Assembly (NCBI GenBank): GCA_040905565.1
Contig: JBBDRF010000092.1
Location: forward strand, 1 to 64,000
Origin: Phycisphaeraceae bacterium
GTDB lineage: Bacteria > Planctomycetota > Phycisphaerae > Phycisphaerales > Zrk34
Direction: 5' to 3'
DNA length: 64,000 nt
Shown: positions 19,500 through 30,602 of the stretch, piece after piece
How positions within the stretch are numbered: position 1 is the first letter of the stretch
How the letters are laid out: each line of letters starts with the position of its first letter
Made by a program: the position numbers and the translations under genes
The notes under the pieces: generated by a model
What the model was told of the DNA's origin: nothing
Databases searched by the model: none
The model's input: the letters and a program-made list of their open reading frames with translations, nothing else

Positions 19500-21698
19500 G
19501 TGAATCAGCACAGCAAATGGACCATGAGCATCGCGGTGCTTACCGCCGTTCTCGCTCTCACCGTCAGCAGCAGCGCTCAAGAGAACGTGCCTGTGGATGA
19601 TGACGCAGGCGTCGCGGACGGCGTCACCGTCGACAACGGCATCCTGATGAACTTCCGCGATGTGCCGCTGGAAACCGTGCTCGACCACCTCTCCGAAGCG
19701 GCCGGTTTCGTCATCGTCAAAACGGTCGACGTCGAAGGCCGCATCACCGTGATCAGTCGGCAGCCGCTGACGAGTGAAGAAGCTGTCATGGTCCTCAACA
19801 GTGTGCTGCACGAGCGAGGCTATACCGCTATCCGCTCGGGGCGAACGCTGCGTATTGTCGATCACGCCGAAGCCAAGCGGTCGAACATCCCGGTGCGTGT
19901 CGGCAACCGGCCGGAGGAGATCGAGGAGACCGACGAGATCATCACGCAGGTGATTCCGATCCGCCACGCCGATGCCGGTCAGCTCGTAAACGACCTCGGC
20001 CCGCTCATCAGCGCCGAAGCCGACGTCACCGCCAACGCCAGTTCCAACGCCCTGATCATGACCGACAGGTCGGCGAACATCCGCCGCGTGGTCACCATTG
20101 TCTCCGCCATCGACACCGCGATTTCTTCGGTGGCCTCAGTTGAGGTTTTCCCCCTTCAGTACGCCAACGCCGCTGATGCCGCGCGTCTGATCAACGACAT
20201 TTTCAGCAACGACGGACAACAGGGGTCCGACGACCCTCGCGCTCAGTTCGCGCGGATGATGCGAGGCCGTCGCGGAGGGGGTGACGATGATGACGACTCC
20301 GGCTCGCGCGTTGATGCACCGGTCAACGCCGCCGCCGACGAACGCACCAACACGCTGGTTGTCACCGGTTCCGAGGACACGCTCGTGATCGTCGCCGACG
20401 TCCTTGCCGACCTCGACGCCAACCCCGCCGCATCGCAAGGCGTCTTCGTTTATCAGGTTCGCAACGGGCAGGCCGACAACCTTCATGCGGTGCTGGACAC
20501 GCTCTTTAACGCTGGGAATTCTTCGCAGGACGCTCGTGATACCCGCCGCCCCAGAGGTGGTGAAACCGAGCCTCTGAGTGGACGTGCCAGCAGCGAAAGG
20601 CGAGAGGAACGCGAAGCGGAACGCCCAGCCCCGCAACCCCGACAGCAGGAGCTTGAGGATCCGCGCCAGAGTTTCCGCGAGCGGATGATGGCACAGATGG
20701 CCGGCGAGGTCGACGAATCTGCCACCGACCTGCTTGGCCAGGTGCAGATCGTTTCGGACATGGATACCAATTCGCTGCTGGTGATGACATCGCCGGCGAA
20801 CTTCGAGCAGGTCCGCAAGATCATCGAGCAGCTGGATCGGCCCATGCCGCAGGTCGTCATCAAGGCCCTCATCGCTGAGGTCACGCACTCGGACGATCTC
20901 GATCTCGGGGCGGAGTTCTCGATCCTCAACATCCCCGAAGGCTCGGACCTGTTCACGGACTTCGGCCTCGCCGCCGCGACCGGGGGCATGACCTATCGAC
21001 TGCTCGAAACCGATATCCAGGCGACGATTCGCGCGCTTCAGGAAGTCGGCAAGCTCGAAGTCCTCTCACGCCCCTACATCCTTGCCAGCGACAACCAGGA
21101 AGCAATCATCACCGTCGGTTCGGAAGTCCCCTTCATCACCAGCACCAGCTTCACCGAACTCGGCGGTTCCCGTTCGACGGTACGCTATGAAGACATCGGC
21201 ATCATCCTCCGCGTCACGCCTCAGATCAACGCCGACGGCATCGTCACCATGGACGTGTTCCCCGAAATTTCCGCCATCAGCGGCGAATCCATCGAGATTT
21301 CGCCAGGCGTTCGCGCTCCGGTCATCGCCAAACGGTCGGCTGAAAGCCGCGTGGCCATTGAAGACGGTCGCACGATCGTCATCGGCGGGCTCATGGAAGA
21401 CCAGCTCAGCGAGATCGTTCGCAAGGTGCCGTTCCTAGGCGACATCCCGCTGCTCGGCCTCGCCTTCCAACGTCGTGAAACTGAGAAGTCGAAGACCGAA
21501 CTGCTTATCTTCCTCACTCCCCACATTGTCGACGACGGCGAAGTGCTTCAGGAACTGTCAGACGGCGAACGCGACCGCGTTCAGATTGTCCCCGAAGCCG
21601 TCGAACCCGGCGAATACCAACGCCACCTCGAAGGCCTCAAACGCTGGAATCCCGACGACGTCGACCAGTTCGAAGAGACCCCCGACGACCAACCCTAA
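19500..21698 (+). CDS. gspD: secretin
   Basis: MNFRDVPL, repeated N domains (ADERTNTL, DTNSLL), QVVIKALIAEV, GIILRVTPQIN, KVPFLGDIPLLG and KTELLIFLTPHI; start uncertain (19455-19524). Confidence 0.92.
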   Translation: MNQHSKWTMSIAVLTAVLALTVSSSAQENVPVDDDAGVADGVTVDNGILMNFRDVPLETVLDHLSEAAGFVIVKTVDVEGRITVISRQPLTSEEAVMVLNSVLHERGYTAIRSGRTLRIVDHAEAKRSNIPVRVGNRPEEIEETDEIITQVIPIRHADAGQLVNDLGPLISAEADVTANASSNALIMTDRSANIRRVVTIVSAIDTAISSVASVEVFPLQYANAADAARLINDIFSNDGQQGSDDPRAQFARMMRGRRGGGDDDDDSGSRVDAPVNAAADERTNTLVVTGSEDTLVIVADVLADLDANPAASQGVFVYQVRNGQADNLHAVLDTLFNAGNSSQDARDTRRPRGGETEPLSGRASSERREEREAERPAPQPRQQELEDPRQSFRERMMAQMAGEVDESATDLLGQVQIVSDMDTNSLLVMTSPANFEQVRKIIEQLDRPMPQVVIKALIAEVTHSDDLDLGAEFSILNIPEGSDLFTDFGLAAATGGMTYRLLETDIQATIRALQEVGKLEVLSRPYILASDNQEAIITVGSEVPFITSTSFTELGGSRSTVRYEDIGIILRVTPQINADGIVTMDVFPEISAISGESIEISPGVRAPVIAKRSAESRVAIEDGRTIVIGGLMEDQLSEIVRKVPFLGDIPLLGLAFQRRETEKSKTELLIFLTPHIVDDGEVLQELSDGERDRVQIVPEAVEPGEYQRHLEGLKRWNPDDVDQFEETPDDQP

Positions 21699-21729
21699 GG
21701 CGTGAGCAGGCGATCGACAAAATTGGCGT

Positions 21730-22785
21730 TCACCCTTGCGTCACGCGCACCAGCTTCGCAAGCGTCTCGCGGGCCGCACCGCTGTCGATCGCCTCGCGTG
21801 CCTGCGCCAGGCCATCGGTGAGGTTCACCGCTTGATCGGCCACGACCAGCGCCGCCGCTGCGTTCAGCGTTGCAATATCCCGCGCGGGTCCCGGCTCACC
21901 TTCGAGCACGCCCTTCACGACCGCCGCCGACTCCTCCACGCTCGCCACGCGAAGCTTCTCGATGGGACGCCGTTCCAGCCCCAGCTCCGACGGATCAAGG
22001 TTCACGCTCGTGACTGCCCCGTTCCGCGTCGTGGTGATGCGTGTCGTCCCCGTGATGGTCAGTTCATCAAGCCCGCCGCCGCCATCGCCGTCGATCGCGC
22101 CGTGCACCACCATCGCATGTTCCGCTCCCAGATTGGTGAGCACCTGCGCGATCGGCTCGGTGAGTCCCGGTTCGAACACACCGATGAGTTGCCGCTTCGC
22201 CCCCGCCGGGTTCGTCAACGGCCCGAGCAGATTGAAGATCGTCCGGAACCCCAGATGCTGCCGCACGGGCCCCGCGTGTTTCATCGCAGGATGATGTGCC
22301 GGCGCGAAACAGAAGCACAGCCCCACCTCTTCGAGGCATTGCACCAGCGTCTCGCCATCCACATTCAGTGTCACCCCCAGCGCTTCAAGCACCTGGCTTG
22401 ATCCCGACGAACTGGTCACCGAGCGGTTGCCGTGCTTGGCCACATGCGCCCCGGCCCCCGCAGCAATCAGCGCCGCCGTGGTGGAGATATTGAACGTTCC
22501 CGCATGGTCGCCCCCCGTCCCGCACGTATCCACCACCGTCATGCCCTCAGGCACGCGCACCGCCGCCACGTGCTGCCGCATCACCTGTGCCGCCCCCGTC
22601 AGCTCATCCACCGTCGGCCCGCCCGGCCGAACCTGCAACGCCGTCAGCAGCGCCGCCACCTGAGGCCCGCTTGCCTGGCCGGTCATCACCAGTTCAAACG
22701 CCTCTCGGCTCTGCTCAAGGCTCAACGGCTCACCAGCCGCAACGTGACGCAACAACGGTTGAATGGCACTAGGAATTTCGCTCAT
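21730..22785 (-). CDS. trpD: anthranilate phosphoribosyltransferase
   Basis: DTCGTGGD, FNIST, KHGNRS, NLLGPLTNP and GLDEL motifs. Confidence 0.95.
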   Translation of the reverse strand: MSEIPSAIQPLLRHVAAGEPLSLEQSREAFELVMTGQASGPQVAALLTALQVRPGGPTVDELTGAAQVMRQHVAAVRVPEGMTVVDTCGTGGDHAGTFNISTTAALIAAGAGAHVAKHGNRSVTSSSGSSQVLEALGVTLNVDGETLVQCLEEVGLCFCFAPAHHPAMKHAGPVRQHLGFRTIFNLLGPLTNPAGAKRQLIGVFEPGLTEPIAQVLTNLGAEHAMVVHGAIDGDGGGGLDELTITGTTRITTTRNGAVTSVNLDPSELGLERRPIEKLRVASVEESAAVVKGVLEGEPGPARDIATLNAAAALVVADQAVNLTDGLAQAREAIDSGAARETLAKLVRVTQG

Positions 22786-22827
22786 GCCGTCGAGTTTACC
22801 GTCAACGCCGCCCACCTGCACGCCGCG

Positions 22828-25197
22828 CTACTTCACCCGCCGTCCGCCGCGCATCGCCGCCAGCAGCTCATCGACCGGCCCGTCCTTCGGCAGGTACGCC
22901 GCCGCACCCGCCTGCTGCATCGCCTCCCCAAGCTCCGTCTCTTGATGCATCGAAAGCCCCACCACACGCGTCCCCGGAACCTCCTCCCTAATCAACCGCG
23001 TCGCCTCCACCCCGTTCATCCGAGGCATGCTCACATCCATCACCACCACGTCAGGCCGAAGCTCACGCGTCAACGCCAACGCCGCCAAACCATCCGATGC
23101 CTGCCCCACAATCACAATATCCTCATGCCCCGCCAACAGCGCCAGCAGCCCCTCCCGCACAATCGCATGATCATCCACCACCAGCACCCGCAACGTCCGT
23201 TCTCCCACCTTGGTCTGCGGCTCAACCGCTTGTGCAGCACCCGCCGCCGACGTCGCCGTCGCCTTTCCGCCCGCATCTTCCTCGGTCTCAAACCGAAGCG
23301 GCGCCATCACCGTCACCTGCGTTCCACCACCTTTAACGCTCTTCACATCCATGTTTCCGCCCATGTAATCAAGTCTTTCTCGGATATTGAACAGCCCGAA
23401 CCCGTGCTCCGTCGGCTCCTCGATCAACGTCTTCGAATCAAACCCCACCCCATCGTCTTCCACGCAAATCCGCACCATCTCTTCTGATTCCACCAACTCC
23501 AGCCGAACCCGCGCCGCCTTGGCTTCGCTATGGTTCACCACATTCGCCAGCAGCTCACGCACCGCCTCGAACAGCAGAACCCGCACGTCCTCATCAACCG
23601 GCTCCGCGTTCGCATCCGTCGTTGCCTCCACCGCCAGCCCATACTGATCACGCATCCGCCTGCCCAGCCACGCTATCGCAGGCCCAAGCCCCGCGTCATA
23701 AAGCACCGGCGGACTCAACTCCACCGTCAAAGAACGCGACGCTTGAATCGATTGATTCAACAACTGATCCACCTCCTGCGTCCACTCGGCATACGTGCTC
23801 ATCCCCTCACGCCGCCGCAGCACATCCAGCCGCATCTTCGCCGCCGCCAACAACTGCTGTAAATTGTCATGCAGCGTATGCGCCAGACGACGCCGCTCAC
23901 GCTGCTCCGCATGACTCAACTGCGACGCAAGCTTCCGCAACTGCTGCGTCCGCTCCGCCACCCGCGCCTCCAGCTCATCCTTCGATGAAACCAGCTGCGC
24001 TTCCGCATTCCGCCTCTCCGTGATATCAATGCACGTCCCCACATACCCCGCAAACGCCCCCCCCTCGTCATACCGCGGCACCCCCGAATCAAGCAGCCAA
24101 CGATACGCCCCGTCGTGACGCCGTAGCCGATACTCCATTCGAAACGTTTCCCGCTGCCTGAAAGCCGCCACGTACGTCGCCATGCATCGCTCGTAATCCT
24201 CCGGATGCACCCCCTGCGTCCAACCTTCGCCAACCTCCGCCGCCATCGGCCGCCCCGTGAAATCCAGCCAAGGCTTATTGAAGTACGTGCACCCCGCCGT
24301 CTCGTCGGATACCCAGATCATCACCGGCGAAGCATCCGCCATAATCCGGAACCGCTGCTCACTCTCACGTATGTTCCGCTCAGCTTCCTTGCGATCGGTA
24401 ATATCGCGAAACACCAGCACCACGCCGATCAAATCGCCCGCCCCATTGCGAATCGGTGCCCCGCTGTCGTCGATCGGATGTTCCGTCCCATCTCGCGCAA
24501 TCAGGATCGTGTGATTCGCAAGCCCCACCACAACACCTTCTCGCAGCACCCGCGTCACCGGGCTCTCCACCACTTGCCGCGTGCTCTCGTTCACGATGTC
24601 GAACACACGCGTACAGGGCACCCCGCGTGCTTCCGCCAGTTCCCACCCCGTGATCTCCTCTGCGACAGGGTTCATAAACAACACACGCCCCGTCTCGTCC
24701 GTCGCAATCACCGCATCGCCCAGACTACCAAGCGTCGTCTCAAACCATTCCCGCTGTTCATACACCTCCCGCTCAGCCAGCCGGCGACGCCCGATCTCCT
24801 CCGATAAATCCCTCACCTTCTCGTTGAGTATCCGGAACGGACCGGTCGCATCCTCCCGCTCCCGGCATCGCAGCAGGACATTCGGCCCCTCCGTCTCGTC
24901 CCCCCCAATCCGTCCCCCGTCAACCCGAATCGCCACGCCGCCGTCGCCGTTCTCACCCGGCCGCTGCAGTACAGCCGGCATCGCCTTGGTCGTGCGGCTC
25001 CACATCCGAAGGCATTGCGCCACATGCTCGGGCTCATCAGCAACCAGATCCGTCAAGCCTCGACCGATCATTTCACCGCCGCTCGGTCGCTTCCACATCC
25101 GCGCCGCGTCGTCGTTCGCCAGTAGAACCTCGCCGCGCGTGTTCACCACAAGCAGCGCATCGGGCAGCATTCCCATGCAGTCGTTCAGCGCTTTCAT
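22828..25197 (-). CDS. hybrid sensor kinase: three PAS/PAC, HisKA_3, HATPase, C-terminal receiver
   Basis: [12 protein letters not shown]-box, [27 protein letters not shown]; receiver VLVVDDH...VMDVSMP...YLPKD; no TM segment seen. Confidence 0.88.
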   Translation of the reverse strand: MKALNDCMGMLPDALLVVNTRGEVLLANDDAARMWKRPSGGEMIGRGLTDLVADEPEHVAQCLRMWSRTTKAMPAVLQRPGENGDGGVAIRVDGGRIGGDETEGPNVLLRCREREDATGPFRILNEKVRDLSEEIGRRRLAEREVYEQREWFETTLGSLGDAVIATDETGRVLFMNPVAEEITGWELAEARGVPCTRVFDIVNESTRQVVESPVTRVLREGVVVGLANHTILIARDGTEHPIDDSGAPIRNGAGDLIGVVLVFRDITDRKEAERNIRESEQRFRIMADASPVMIWVSDETAGCTYFNKPWLDFTGRPMAAEVGEGWTQGVHPEDYERCMATYVAAFRQRETFRMEYRLRRHDGAYRWLLDSGVPRYDEGGAFAGYVGTCIDITERRNAEAQLVSSKDELEARVAERTQQLRKLASQLSHAEQRERRRLAHTLHDNLQQLLAAAKMRLDVLRRREGMSTYAEWTQEVDQLLNQSIQASRSLTVELSPPVLYDAGLGPAIAWLGRRMRDQYGLAVEATTDANAEPVDEDVRVLLFEAVRELLANVVNHSEAKAARVRLELVESEEMVRICVEDDGVGFDSKTLIEEPTEHGFGLFNIRERLDYMGGNMDVKSVKGGGTQVTVMAPLRFETEEDAGGKATATSAAGAAQAVEPQTKVGERTLRVLVVDDHAIVREGLLALLAGHEDIVIVGQASDGLAALALTRELRPDVVVMDVSMPRMNGVEATRLIREEVPGTRVVGLSMHQETELGEAMQQAGAAAYLPKDGPVDELLAAMRGGRRVK

Positions 25198-25763
25198 GAC
25201 TCCGTCGCTGCCGATCCGCCGCTGTTGATGTACGTGCGACCCGGCGCCCGTTCGCTCTCCACCGTCGGCTCCAGATGCACGATCACCCGGCACTGCGCAC
25301 TGCCCTCCGCAATCGTCTCCTGCAGTTCCACTTTTGCAAAACCCAGATTCTCCGAAGCGATCACTCCAAACACATTCGATGTCATCATGCAAAGCGCCGG
25401 CCGGCCAATCACCGCATCACCAAATGGGCAGCGCCGATTGCCGAACACCAGCCGTTTCTCGTTTTCTTCGATCAGGTAGAAGTCTCCGTCGATCCGCCGC
25501 TTCAGATCCACCATCGCCGCCGCCACCTGCTCCCGCGTCAGACTCTCCTGCCCCAGCGCTTCCCGATAATCGCCGTTAATCCGGTCGCCGACACGCTGAC
25601 CGACCACGCTCACAAAACCCTCCGCTTCCGCCAGCCCCACCACGTCCTGCAGGCAACCGGACAACTCACGCAGCAGCGTGGCAAAAAAACTCTCCCGCTC
25701 CAGCGGTACGTTTAACACACTCAGATTAACTGTTCGCGATTTGTCTACCATGCACGTCTCCAT
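25194..25763 (-). CDS. methanogen output domain 1 (MetOD1)/V4R-like protein
   Basis: LLRELSG.LQDVVG...FVSVVG...[10 protein letters not shown]...CPFG...[10 protein letters not shown]...TIAEG...CRV; 4-bp overlap with the kinase start. Confidence 0.72.
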   Translation of the reverse strand: METCMVDKSRTVNLSVLNVPLERESFFATLLRELSGCLQDVVGLAEAEGFVSVVGQRVGDRINGDYREALGQESLTREQVAAAMVDLKRRIDGDFYLIEENEKRLVFGNRRCPFGDAVIGRPALCMMTSNVFGVIASENLGFAKVELQETIAEGSAQCRVIVHLEPTVESERAPGRTYINSGGSAATES

Positions 25764-25860
25764 CGAAAATCAGAGCGTCGAAGCAAACGACATCCGCGAT
25801 CGCTCCATCAGCCGGAGCCATCCTAGAGCGCCACCCGTGGTCTCCCGATACGGGATTTCC

Positions 25861-27021
25861 CTATTTCCCTACCTCACCTGCAACACTCACAAGCGCCTCT
25901 AAACCGCGATTAAGCGTCGCATCATCACAGGCAAATGACAGCCTCAGGTGCGTATCCCGCTCGCTGAACACGCAGCCGGGGATCGTCAAAACCTTGCGCT
26001 CGATCGCACGTTCGGCGAACGCCGTCCCTGTAACCCCATCAGGCACCCCCACAAATGCGTAAAAGGCGCCGCCTGGCTTCGTGATCGTGAACTGCTCGCC
26101 AAGCATCTCCATCACCATGTCCCGCTTGCGGCGGTACGCAGCGACATACTCCGACATGTCCACCTGCATCGCGGCAAGCCCGGCATGCTGAACCACGCTC
26201 GGCGCACAGACAAAAGTGTACTGCTGCAATTTGGTCATCTGATCCACGATCGGGCGAGGCCCCATCGCGTACCCCAGTCGCCACCCGGTCATCCCGTACG
26301 TCTTGCTGAATCCACGCAGCACCAGCACACGATCGGAATACGCAGCCGGCGAAGGACATACCAGGCCCACCGGGCTCGCCACCGGCTCATAGCAAAATGC
26401 ATCGTAAATCTCATCGCTCACCAGCAGCACGTTGTGCTTCTCAGCAACACTCACCAATGCCGACCATGCCTCATCGCCCAGCACCACCCCCGTCGGATTT
26501 GACGGGCTGGACACGAGAATCATCTTCGTCCGCTCCGTAATCAACGGCTCAACACGCTCGGCCGTCATCCGGAAATCAGGATACGTATCGACAAACACCG
26601 GCGTGCCGCCCGCCATCCGCACCAGGTGTTTGTACATCACAAAATAAGGATCCGGAATCAACACCTCATCGCCAGGCTCGACGCACGTCATCAGCGCCAG
26701 CGTCAAACCCCCGCTCACACCCGACGTGATCAATGCCCCGTAATCACCCCAGCGCCCATCACGAGCAAACCGCGCGTCGAACGGCTCACGCACCGCCTCC
26801 AGCAGTTCCGCCAGCCCCTGCGTGACGGTGTAACCGTTGCGATCATTCACCACCGCGTCGGACGCGGCACGCTGAATCGGCTCAGGGACCGGGAAGTGTG
26901 GCTGACCGATCGAAAGGTTGATCGGATCGCTCACCGACGCCGCCAGGTCAAACACCTTACGGATACCACTGGCGTCAATTGACCGCGCGCGTTGCGTAAT
27001 CAGATGTTCAAATTCTTCCAT
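25861..27021 (-). CDS. class I/II PLP-dependent aminotransferase
   Basis: NLSIGQP, SPSNPTG, SDEIY and FSKTYGMTGWRLGY motifs. Confidence 0.92.
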   Translation of the reverse strand: MEEFEHLITQRARSIDASGIRKVFDLAASVSDPINLSIGQPHFPVPEPIQRAASDAVVNDRNGYTVTQGLAELLEAVREPFDARFARDGRWGDYGALITSGVSGGLTLALMTCVEPGDEVLIPDPYFVMYKHLVRMAGGTPVFVDTYPDFRMTAERVEPLITERTKMILVSSPSNPTGVVLGDEAWSALVSVAEKHNVLLVSDEIYDAFCYEPVASPVGLVCPSPAAYSDRVLVLRGFSKTYGMTGWRLGYAMGPRPIVDQMTKLQQYTFVCAPSVVQHAGLAAMQVDMSEYVAAYRRKRDMVMEMLGEQFTITKPGGAFYAFVGVPDGVTGTAFAERAIERKVLTIPGCVFSERDTHLRLSFACDDATLNRGLEALVSVAGEVGK

Positions 27022-27186
27022 CGCGAGACCGTTGCTGTCGGGCAGCTTTATTACAGCAATACCCGGTTACGGGCGATTAACATCGCCGTAAGTGTGATCG
27101 CCCCTCAGGCGAACGCAATAGCCGACAGCTGCCCCCGGTCAGAGCGGAAGTACCCCGGAACCCACCCCCGCCCCGCACGCAATCGC

Positions 27187-27381
27187 TCAGTCTTCTTTCT
27201 TCTTCGCCTTCTTACCAGCGACAACCTTACGGTTGCCAACCTTCGGAAGACCAAGCGGCGACTGCTCGCTCGGATCAAACTTCTCCTGCTTCAGCAGACG
27301 CGCGACACGCTCAGCACGTGTGAGCACATTGCGGTGCTTGGCCAGCGAAGCAGATGTTTTCAAACTCGGATCAAGACTCAT
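27187..27381 (-). CDS. PVC superphylum small basic protein
   Basis: 64 aa, MSLDPSLK...HRNVLTRAERV..L...SPLGLPKV with a Lys-rich tail. Confidence 0.88.
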   Translation of the reverse strand: MSLDPSLKTSASLAKHRNVLTRAERVARLLKQEKFDPSEQSPLGLPKVGNRKVVAGKKAKKKED

Positions 27382-27447
27382 CGTTACGCTACCTCTCGTC
27401 GTTCATCCCGCAGCATCTAGCAGCAGGCTCGCCCCGCACCAACTTTC

Positions 27448-28251
27448 TCAGTTGACGCCCGGGCGGTATTTCTCGGCCATCAGGTCATTCCAGTCCGTCG
27501 ACCCATCGTACTCAGTACGCCACTTGCGACCGAGCACCTTCAGTCGTTCCCGCAACTCCAAAGCTCGCGGGTCGGACCGGGGTCGCTCAAACCCCGGAAG
27601 TGCCACCACCTTCAAGGATCGCCCATTGTTGATCGGCACGACCGCCGCGTCAACCTCGTGGTCCTTTAAAAAATCAACAATACGATAAATTTCTTCGCCC
27701 GCACTGCTCGGCACCACGATCAGCCGAAAGTAGTTCAGCGCGTCGATGCGCGGGTCCACGCCGTTGCCTTCGCCGTCGCCCATGGCGAAGCGGGCGTTGT
27801 GGGGCTCCACGCCGTTAACCGTCGACGGAATCAGATCTTGAGATGGGTCGTTCTGGAGTTCCAGCAGCGGCGCCGTCGCAGCATGGTAGTCTTGATTGTC
27901 ACTGGCGGTCGATTGCTCGCCCATCCACTGGCCGACCACAAAGCTCACGCCAACAACCACTAACAGCAGCGCCACCGCGCCGCCCACCGCCCCGCGAGGC
28001 AGGTTCCAGGCGACCGGATCCTTGATCCAGCGGACGATCGCCTGCAGATCAAAGCCCGCGTCGTCGTCGTCAGCTGACTCGCGCACCCGCGGAACCTCAG
28101 CAGCGGGCTGCTTAACAGGCTCCTGGCGAAGCTCCTGACGAATCTCCTGATGCTCAGGTGACTTAGGTTTCGGAGCATTGAAATTGAGCGTGCCCCCATT
28201 CTGCGCCTTCTGCTCTTGCAGAATTTCAAACAGCGGCCTTCCCTTGCCCAT
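27448..28251 (-). CDS. hypothetical bitopic membrane protein with possible SPOR-like C-terminal domain
   Basis: Charged N-terminus, one TM (VALLLVVVGVSFVVG), linker and a ~90 aa alpha/beta C-domain. Confidence 0.6.
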   Translation of the reverse strand: MGKGRPLFEILQEQKAQNGGTLNFNAPKPKSPEHQEIRQELRQEPVKQPAAEVPRVRESADDDDAGFDLQAIVRWIKDPVAWNLPRGAVGGAVALLLVVVGVSFVVGQWMGEQSTASDNQDYHAATAPLLELQNDPSQDLIPSTVNGVEPHNARFAMGDGEGNGVDPRIDALNYFRLIVVPSSAGEEIYRIVDFLKDHEVDAAVVPINNGRSLKVVALPGFERPRSDPRALELRERLKVLGRKWRTEYDGSTDWNDLMAEKYRPGVN

Positions 28252-28715
28252 GGCGATCATCCCTGATTCAGGTCTTCACGTTGCCAACCAGCAGACATTT
28301 CCGCTGATTTCTTTTCAAACGCTCGAAAAATCGACCTCGATAACTGCCCCGTTAGTCCGTTATATCGGCCGTTTCGAAGCGTATCTTGCCGTTAATCGCG
28401 GTTGGATTTCCCGCTTTTTACCGCCCCGGTGCGCACCAACCGTGCGTCGCCGCAGTCATCGCCGTGCGCACCATGAGGTCGCACACCGTCATCCAGCATT
28501 TTCCATGACCAGCCGTCCGACCGATCATATCAACGTCAGCGTATCCGATGATACCACGCGTTCGCAACTTTAGATCGGCGGAACCGCTGGTTATAGGCCT
28601 TTATTTTCACAAGATCCAGATCGCCCCGCCCGCGACCTCCCCGCACCGGTGTCTGGAGGACTCCAACGGGCCCGCCGGGTCGCGGCGCAGTGGGGGGTAT
28701 GCTAATGTTCGCACT

Positions 28716-29534
28716 ATGGTTTTACGGATTCTTATGCTCGGCGACATCGTGGGCAAGCCCGGTCGGCAGGTGGTTCAGCAGCAGCTGGACGATCTGAAAC
28801 GTGAGTACGGGCCGGACGTGGTGGTGGCGAATGCGGAGAATGCGGCGGGCGGGTCGGGCCTCACGCCTCAGATCTTCCAGAAGCTCCAGGCCTACGGCGT
28901 CCACGGCGTCACGCTCGGCGATCACGTCTACCGTCAGCGCGACATTCTCCCGACACTTGAGCGGGAGGAGAACATCGTCCGCCCGGCAAACCTGCCAGCC
29001 GCTGCCGTGGGCAATCGATGGATGATTCTGCAGCCCGACCCGGCCAAGCCGCCGTTGGCGGTGTTGACGCTGCTGGGGCGGTTGTTCATGACCGGTCAGC
29101 AGGCGGACGATCCTTTCGCCGCTGCCGATGAGATTCTCGAAAAGCTGCCACGTGATGCGGTGGTGCTGGTGGAGATGCATGCCGAGGCCACGAGCGAGAA
29201 GGTGGCGCTGGGCCATCATCTTGACGGCCGCGTGGCCGCCGTGGTCGGCACCCACACGCACATCCCCACAGCCGACGCCAAGATCCTGCCCGGCGGCACG
29301 GGCTACATCACGGACCTTGGCATGACCGGGCCTTACGACAGCGTGCTCGGTCGGCGGAAGGACCGGGTGCTTCAGTTTATGACCACGGCGATGCCTGCTC
29401 CGTTCGACGTGGCCACGGACGACGTGCGTTTGTGCGGCGTGCTGCTGGACTACAACGTCGACGCAAGGCGCGTGACGCACATCGAACGCATCGAGCGAAA
29501 AGCGGAGTTGGATCGGCCGCCGTTTGGGGAGTGA
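28716..29534 (+). CDS. ymdB: YmdB-family metallophosphoesterase
   Basis: GDIVGKPG, NAENAAGG, HAEATSEK, GTHTH and TDLGMTGP motifs. Confidence 0.9.
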   Translation: MVLRILMLGDIVGKPGRQVVQQQLDDLKREYGPDVVVANAENAAGGSGLTPQIFQKLQAYGVHGVTLGDHVYRQRDILPTLEREENIVRPANLPAAAVGNRWMILQPDPAKPPLAVLTLLGRLFMTGQQADDPFAAADEILEKLPRDAVVLVEMHAEATSEKVALGHHLDGRVAAVVGTHTHIPTADAKILPGGTGYITDLGMTGPYDSVLGRRKDRVLQFMTTAMPAPFDVATDDVRLCGVLLDYNVDARRVTHIERIERKAELDRPPFGE

Positions 29535-29602
29535 CGAGCCGGGCTGTCCTCAGCCCGGATGGGTAGCGTGGGCATGACCGGACTGGGGAAAGTCCGGCTC
29601 CG

Positions 29603-30511
29603 TTAGTTCGGTTTGGGGACGATGACGTTGAGGGTTCGGGGGAGGACTTCGAAGGTGAGTTTTTTGACGGGGTCGAGACGTTCGCCGTCCAGGGAGAAGG
29701 GCATGGGGGGGTCGCTTTTCAGTTCGATCCAGCGGGCACTTCGGTGGACGAGGTAGTCGGAATCGAGGTGCCGGGCGACTTCGAGTCTGAGCAGGAGCTT
29801 GACCTGCTGGGCACGTGTGCGCGGTGTGGCGACGACGGCTTCGGCGACGCCGTCGTCGATGACGGCGTTGGGTGCGACGGGGTGGCCGCCGCCTGCGGTT
29901 CGGCCGTTGGCGACGACGATGGTGGGGGTTTCGGCGGCGAACTCGTCGCCATCGGTTTTGAGGTGGATGCGGTACTTGGGCGTTTTGCGGAGCATGCCCG
30001 CAGCTGCGACGAGGTAGGAGAGGGGGCCGAACATGGTTTTGTGGGCGGGGGAGACGGAGCCTGTGACGCGTTCGCTGACGCCTCCGGTTGCGGCATTGGC
30101 GACGTAGTGAGTTTGTTCGTCGTCGGTGGTGACCTTGATGAGGTCGATCGGCTTGCGATAGTCGTCGCGGATGATCTGGGCGGCTTGTTCGAAATCGAGG
30201 GGGATCTCGAGTGTGCGGGCGAGGTCGTTTCCGGTGCCGAAGGGGAGGATGCCGATGGTGAAATCCTGGGGATTTTTACGGGCGAGGAGGCTGACGACTT
30301 CGTGGATGGTGCCGTCGCCGCCGCCGATGATGAAGCGTCGTGTGTTGGTGACGATGGCTTGTTGAACGAAGCGGATGGCGTCGCCGGGGTACTGGGTGAC
30401 GCGGAGGGTGCAGTGGTGTTGACCTTCGAGCCATTGCTCGAGGCGTTCGAGCTGGCTGCGGCCGCCTGAGGCAGCGGGATTGGCGATGACCAGCGTTTGT
30501 TCGAGCGTCAT
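29603..30511 (-). CDS. diacylglycerol/lipid kinase family (YegS-like)
   Basis: NPAASGG, GGGDGT, PFGTGNDLAR and LDGE motifs; start 30511 or 30550. Confidence 0.88.
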   Translation of the reverse strand: MTLEQTLVIANPAASGGRSQLERLEQWLEGQHHCTLRVTQYPGDAIRFVQQAIVTNTRRFIIGGGDGTIHEVVSLLARKNPQDFTIGILPFGTGNDLARTLEIPLDFEQAAQIIRDDYRKPIDLIKVTTDDEQTHYVANAATGGVSERVTGSVSPAHKTMFGPLSYLVAAAGMLRKTPKYRIHLKTDGDEFAAETPTIVVANGRTAGGGHPVAPNAVIDDGVAEAVVATPRTRAQQVKLLLRLEVARHLDSDYLVHRSARWIELKSDPPMPFSLDGERLDPVKKLTFEVLPRTLNVIVPKPN

Positions 30512-30602
30512 GGGTTTAGCCGTTCGTATTGCCGTGGTTGCTTGCGTCATGATCATAGCCTTTGCGGGTGCCCGAACGGTGGTGTCGTGGTATAAAAGAG
30601 TG

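Noticed and set aside
28252..28715. Replication origin at the AT-richer skew switch
   Set aside because: No DnaA-box cluster or dnaA/dnaN seen, and skew switches recur elsewhere in the window
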